Below, one piece after another: positions 61,713-64,000 of a stretch of DNA of 64,000 nucleotides. The position numbers and the translations under genes were made by a program. Below the pieces are notes generated by a model. The model saw only the letters and a list, made by a program, of their open reading frames with translations. It had not been told where the DNA came from and made no database searches. The DNA lies in NCBI GenBank assembly GCA_035637095.1, contig DASPXX010000144.1, positions 7,578 to 71,577 of the forward strand, written 5' to 3'. This stretch comes from Thermoanaerobaculia bacterium (GTDB taxonomy: Bacteria > Acidobacteriota > Thermoanaerobaculia > Multivoradales > UBA5704). Position 1 is the stretch's first letter. Each line of letters starts with the position of its first letter.

Positions 61713-62834
61713 ATGGACTTCGGGATCATGTTCTTCGCGAGCGCCGGTCAGGAGACGGGCGGGTCGAAGTACAGGCTGCTGCTGGACGCCGTCCGCTTCG
61801 CCGATCAGCGGGGATTCCGCTGCGTCTGGACGCCGGAGCGGCACTTCCACCCGTTCGGCGGGCTCTACCCCAACCCCGCGGTGCTGAGCGCCGCCCTCGC
61901 CACGATCACCGAACGCCTGGAGCTGCGCGCCGGCAGCCTGATCTCGCCGCTCCATCACGCCGTGCGCATCGCCGAGGAGTGGTCGGTGGTGGACAACCTG
62001 TCGGGTGGCCGCGTCGCCCTCTCCTTCGGCTCGGGGTGGAACGTCGACGACTTCATCTTCTTTCCCGACCGCTACGCCGGGCGGCAGGCCTTCATGTACC
62101 GGCAGATCGAGACCGTCCGCCACCTCTGGCGCGGGGGTACGGTCCGCGAGCGCAACAGCTTCGGCCGCGAGGTGGAGATCCGCATCTACCCGCGCCCGGT
62201 GCGGCCGGAGCTGCCGGTCTGGATCACCTCCTCGGGGAACGCGGAGACCTTCGCCAGCGCCGGGAAGCTCGGCGCCAACCTGCTCACCCACCTGATCGGC
62301 CAGGACCTCGCGACCCTCGCGGGCAAGATCGAGCGCTACCGCGACGCCCGCGAGGAGGCCGGCCACGCCCGCCGTACGGGCACGGTCACGCTCATGCTCC
62401 ACACGTTCGTGGGAGGCGACATGGAGCGTGTGCGGGCCACGGTCCGCGCGCCGTTCCGCGAGTACCTCCGCGTGGCGATCAGCCTGGAGGAGAAGGCGGC
62501 GATCGGCGGCGGCGTGATCAGCGGCGGCCACCGCATCGAGGCGCACCAGATTTCTGAAACGGTGATGGAGGACCTGCTGGACGCCACGTTCGAGCGCTAC
62601 TTCCAGACCGGGGCCTTGATGGGGACGCCGGCGCGGCTCGCGCCGTTCGTGCGGCGCCTCGAAGAGATCGGCGTCGACGAGATCGCCTGTCTGATCGACT
62701 TCGGCGTCGGCGAGGAGCAGGTGCTCGCCGCGCTGGAGCCGCTGGACGCGCTCCGCCGCCTCTTCTCGGAGGAGACCGCGGCGGCGCTCGCGGAGCAGGC
62801 CCTGGCCGGCTTTCTGGAGGATCTCGAAGAGTGA
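61713..62834 (+). CDS. Luciferase-like (LLM) flavin monooxygenase, MupA/Atu3671 natural-product family
   Basis: MDFGIMFFAS, VWTPERHFHPFGGLYPNPAV, AEEWSVVDNLSGGRV, GANLLTHLIGQ. Confidence 0.9.
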   Translation: MDFGIMFFASAGQETGGSKYRLLLDAVRFADQRGFRCVWTPERHFHPFGGLYPNPAVLSAALATITERLELRAGSLISPLHHAVRIAEEWSVVDNLSGGRVALSFGSGWNVDDFIFFPDRYAGRQAFMYRQIETVRHLWRGGTVRERNSFGREVEIRIYPRPVRPELPVWITSSGNAETFASAGKLGANLLTHLIGQDLATLAGKIERYRDAREEAGHARRTGTVTLMLHTFVGGDMERVRATVRAPFREYLRVAISLEEKAAIGGGVISGGHRIEAHQISETVMEDLLDATFERYFQTGALMGTPARLAPFVRRLEEIGVDEIACLIDFGVGEEQVLAALEPLDALRRLFSEETAAALAEQALAGFLEDLEE

Positions 62835-64000
62835 CCGTACGGCCGGATAAGGGCGAGGACGTCGTCGATCTCTTCGACCGCGTCTGCCGGCTGCACAACG
62901 GCGACGTCGCGGTGGAATGGCGCGGGCGCGCCCTTTCCTACGCGGAGATCGACCGGGACGCGCGGCGCCTGGCCGCCCGGCTCGCCGCGTCCGGGCTGGG
63001 GGAGGGTGCGGTCGTGGCCCTCTGGCTGGAGGACCGCGCGCTCTGGATCGCGGCGCTCCTGGCCTGCCTGCGCTGCGGCTGCGCCTTCGCGCCCCTCGAC
63101 CCCGACTGGCCGCGGGAGCGCCTGCGCTCCGTCCTGGAAGATCTGGAGCCCGCCCTCGCTCTGGTCGACGGGAGCGCTCCCGACCTGCCGGTGGCGCGCG
63201 CCGTCCGCCTCGGCGGCGAGCCCGGGGGGGAGATCTGGGAAGGCCCGCGCGCAGCGGTCGATCCCGACGCCCTCTGCTACGTCTACTTCACCTCGGGCTC
63301 GACCGGCCGGCCCAAGGGGATCGCCGGCCGGCGCAAGGGTCTGTCCCACTTCATCCGCTGGGAGATCGAGGAGCTCGCTCTGCCCTCCGGCATCCGCGGA
63401 ACGCAGCTTGCCTCCCCGGCGTTCGACGCCTCGCTGCGCGATGTTCTGGTGCCGCTCTGCGCCGGGGGCCGCGTGTGCGTTCCGCCGCTGCCGCCGGCGT
63501 CCCTCGACGCGGCGCGCCTGGTGCGCTGGATGGAGGAGAGCGGCGTTCAGCTCGTCCACTGCGTCCCTTCCCTCTTCCGCGCCCTGGCGCAGGCCCCGGC
63601 CGCAGCCGGCGAGCTGGCCTCGGTGCGCTTCGTCCTGCTGGCCGGCGAGGAGCTGCGGGTGCCCGACGTGGCGGCCTGGCGCGAGCGGTTCGGCCGTGGC
63701 GCCACCCTGGTCAACCTCTATGGCGCGACCGAGACCACGATGGTCAAGCTCTTCCACGTCGTCCGCGACGAGGACCTGGAGCGCGGCTTCATCCCGATCG
63801 GCAAGCCGATGGCGGGCGCGCGCGCCCTCCTCCTCCAGGAGGACCTGACGGTCACCCGCCCGGGCGCCGTGGGCGAGATCTACCTGCGCAGCCCCTACAT
63901 GACCCTCGGCTACTACCGCCAGCCCGGGAAGACGCGGGAGGTGTTCCTCCCCAACCCCTTCATGCAGGACCCCCGCGACCTGATCTTCCGCACCGGCGAC
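62831..64000 (+). CDS. NRPS protein starting with an adenylation domain (3'-truncated by window edge)
   Basis: GTGA overlap at 62831; frame reads VTVRPDKGEDVVDLFDRVC...YVYFTSGSTGRPKG...FDASLRD...NLYGATETT...FRTGD to the edge; missing from the ORF track because it has no stop. Confidence 0.88.
   Translation, partial: MTVRPDKGEDVVDLFDRVCRLHNGDVAVEWRGRALSYAEIDRDARRLAARLAASGLGEGAVVALWLEDRALWIAALLACLRCGCAFAPLDPDWPRERLRSVLEDLEPALALVDGSAPDLPVARAVRLGGEPGGEIWEGPRAAVDPDALCYVYFTSGSTGRPKGIAGRRKGLSHFIRWEIEELALPSGIRGTQLASPAFDASLRDVLVPLCAGGRVCVPPLPPASLDAARLVRWMEESGVQLVHCVPSLFRALAQAPAAAGELASVRFVLLAGEELRVPDVAAWRERFGRGATLVNLYGATETTMVKLFHVVRDEDLERGFIPIGKPMAGARALLLQEDLTVTRPGAVGEIYLRSPYMTLGYYRQPGKTREVFLPNPFMQDPRDLIFRTGD

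Noticed and set aside
46734-62546. Very long minus-strand ORFs (1823 aa, 3405 aa)
   Set aside because: Antisense shadows of a high-GC NRPS; they have no recognisable motifs.
63006-63848. ORF-track 280-aa ORF
   Set aside because: Wrong frame; the real A-domain frame starts at 62831 and runs off the window.
41692-64000. tRNA-His as attachment site of an integrated island
   Set aside because: No integrase and no second copy of the tRNA 3' end were seen in the window.

Overview
A high-GC (about 70% by eye) bacterial window; the gene style and repeat families suggest an Acidobacteriota (Thermoanaerobaculia-like) or myxobacterium-like soil organism (inference only). Contents in order: (1) a 5'-truncated Rpn-like gene, TIGR01777 epimerase, TonB-CTD and SDR; (2) a 2225-aa MnxG-like multicopper oxidase with Cys-rich inserts, plus a YVTN beta-propeller partner; (3) three B12-binding radical SAM genes, one SPASM-type radical SAM and two methyltransferases, interrupted by a ~5 kb islet (20-bp palindrome array, Bell/amyloid-motif-like NACHT-FGE protein, DUF6883/DUF4926 pair, and a vapBC cassette bracketed by a 142-bp duplication); (4) M48 protease, fatty-acid/CoA genes, a PP2C/REC/GAF/DUF4388 signalling group and an ABC exporter; (5) a second islet (HepT/MntA, gene remnants, a strictly phased 21-bp palindrome array next to a coiled-coil/wHTH gene); (6) a coupled operon of beta-lactamase-like hydrolase, M15-like peptidase and Pup-ligase(PafA/Dop)-like enzyme with no Pup or proteasome gene in the window; (7) a tRNA-His with atypical G1.U72/A73 identity elements; (8) a lipopeptide NRPS locus (ATP-grasp, deletion remnant, FAAL-ACP-[C-A-PCP-E]-[C-A-PCP]x3-C, LLM monooxygenase, next A domain) running off the right edge. 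No CRISPR array or rRNA was seen. All family calls come from motif recognition by eye; no searches were run.
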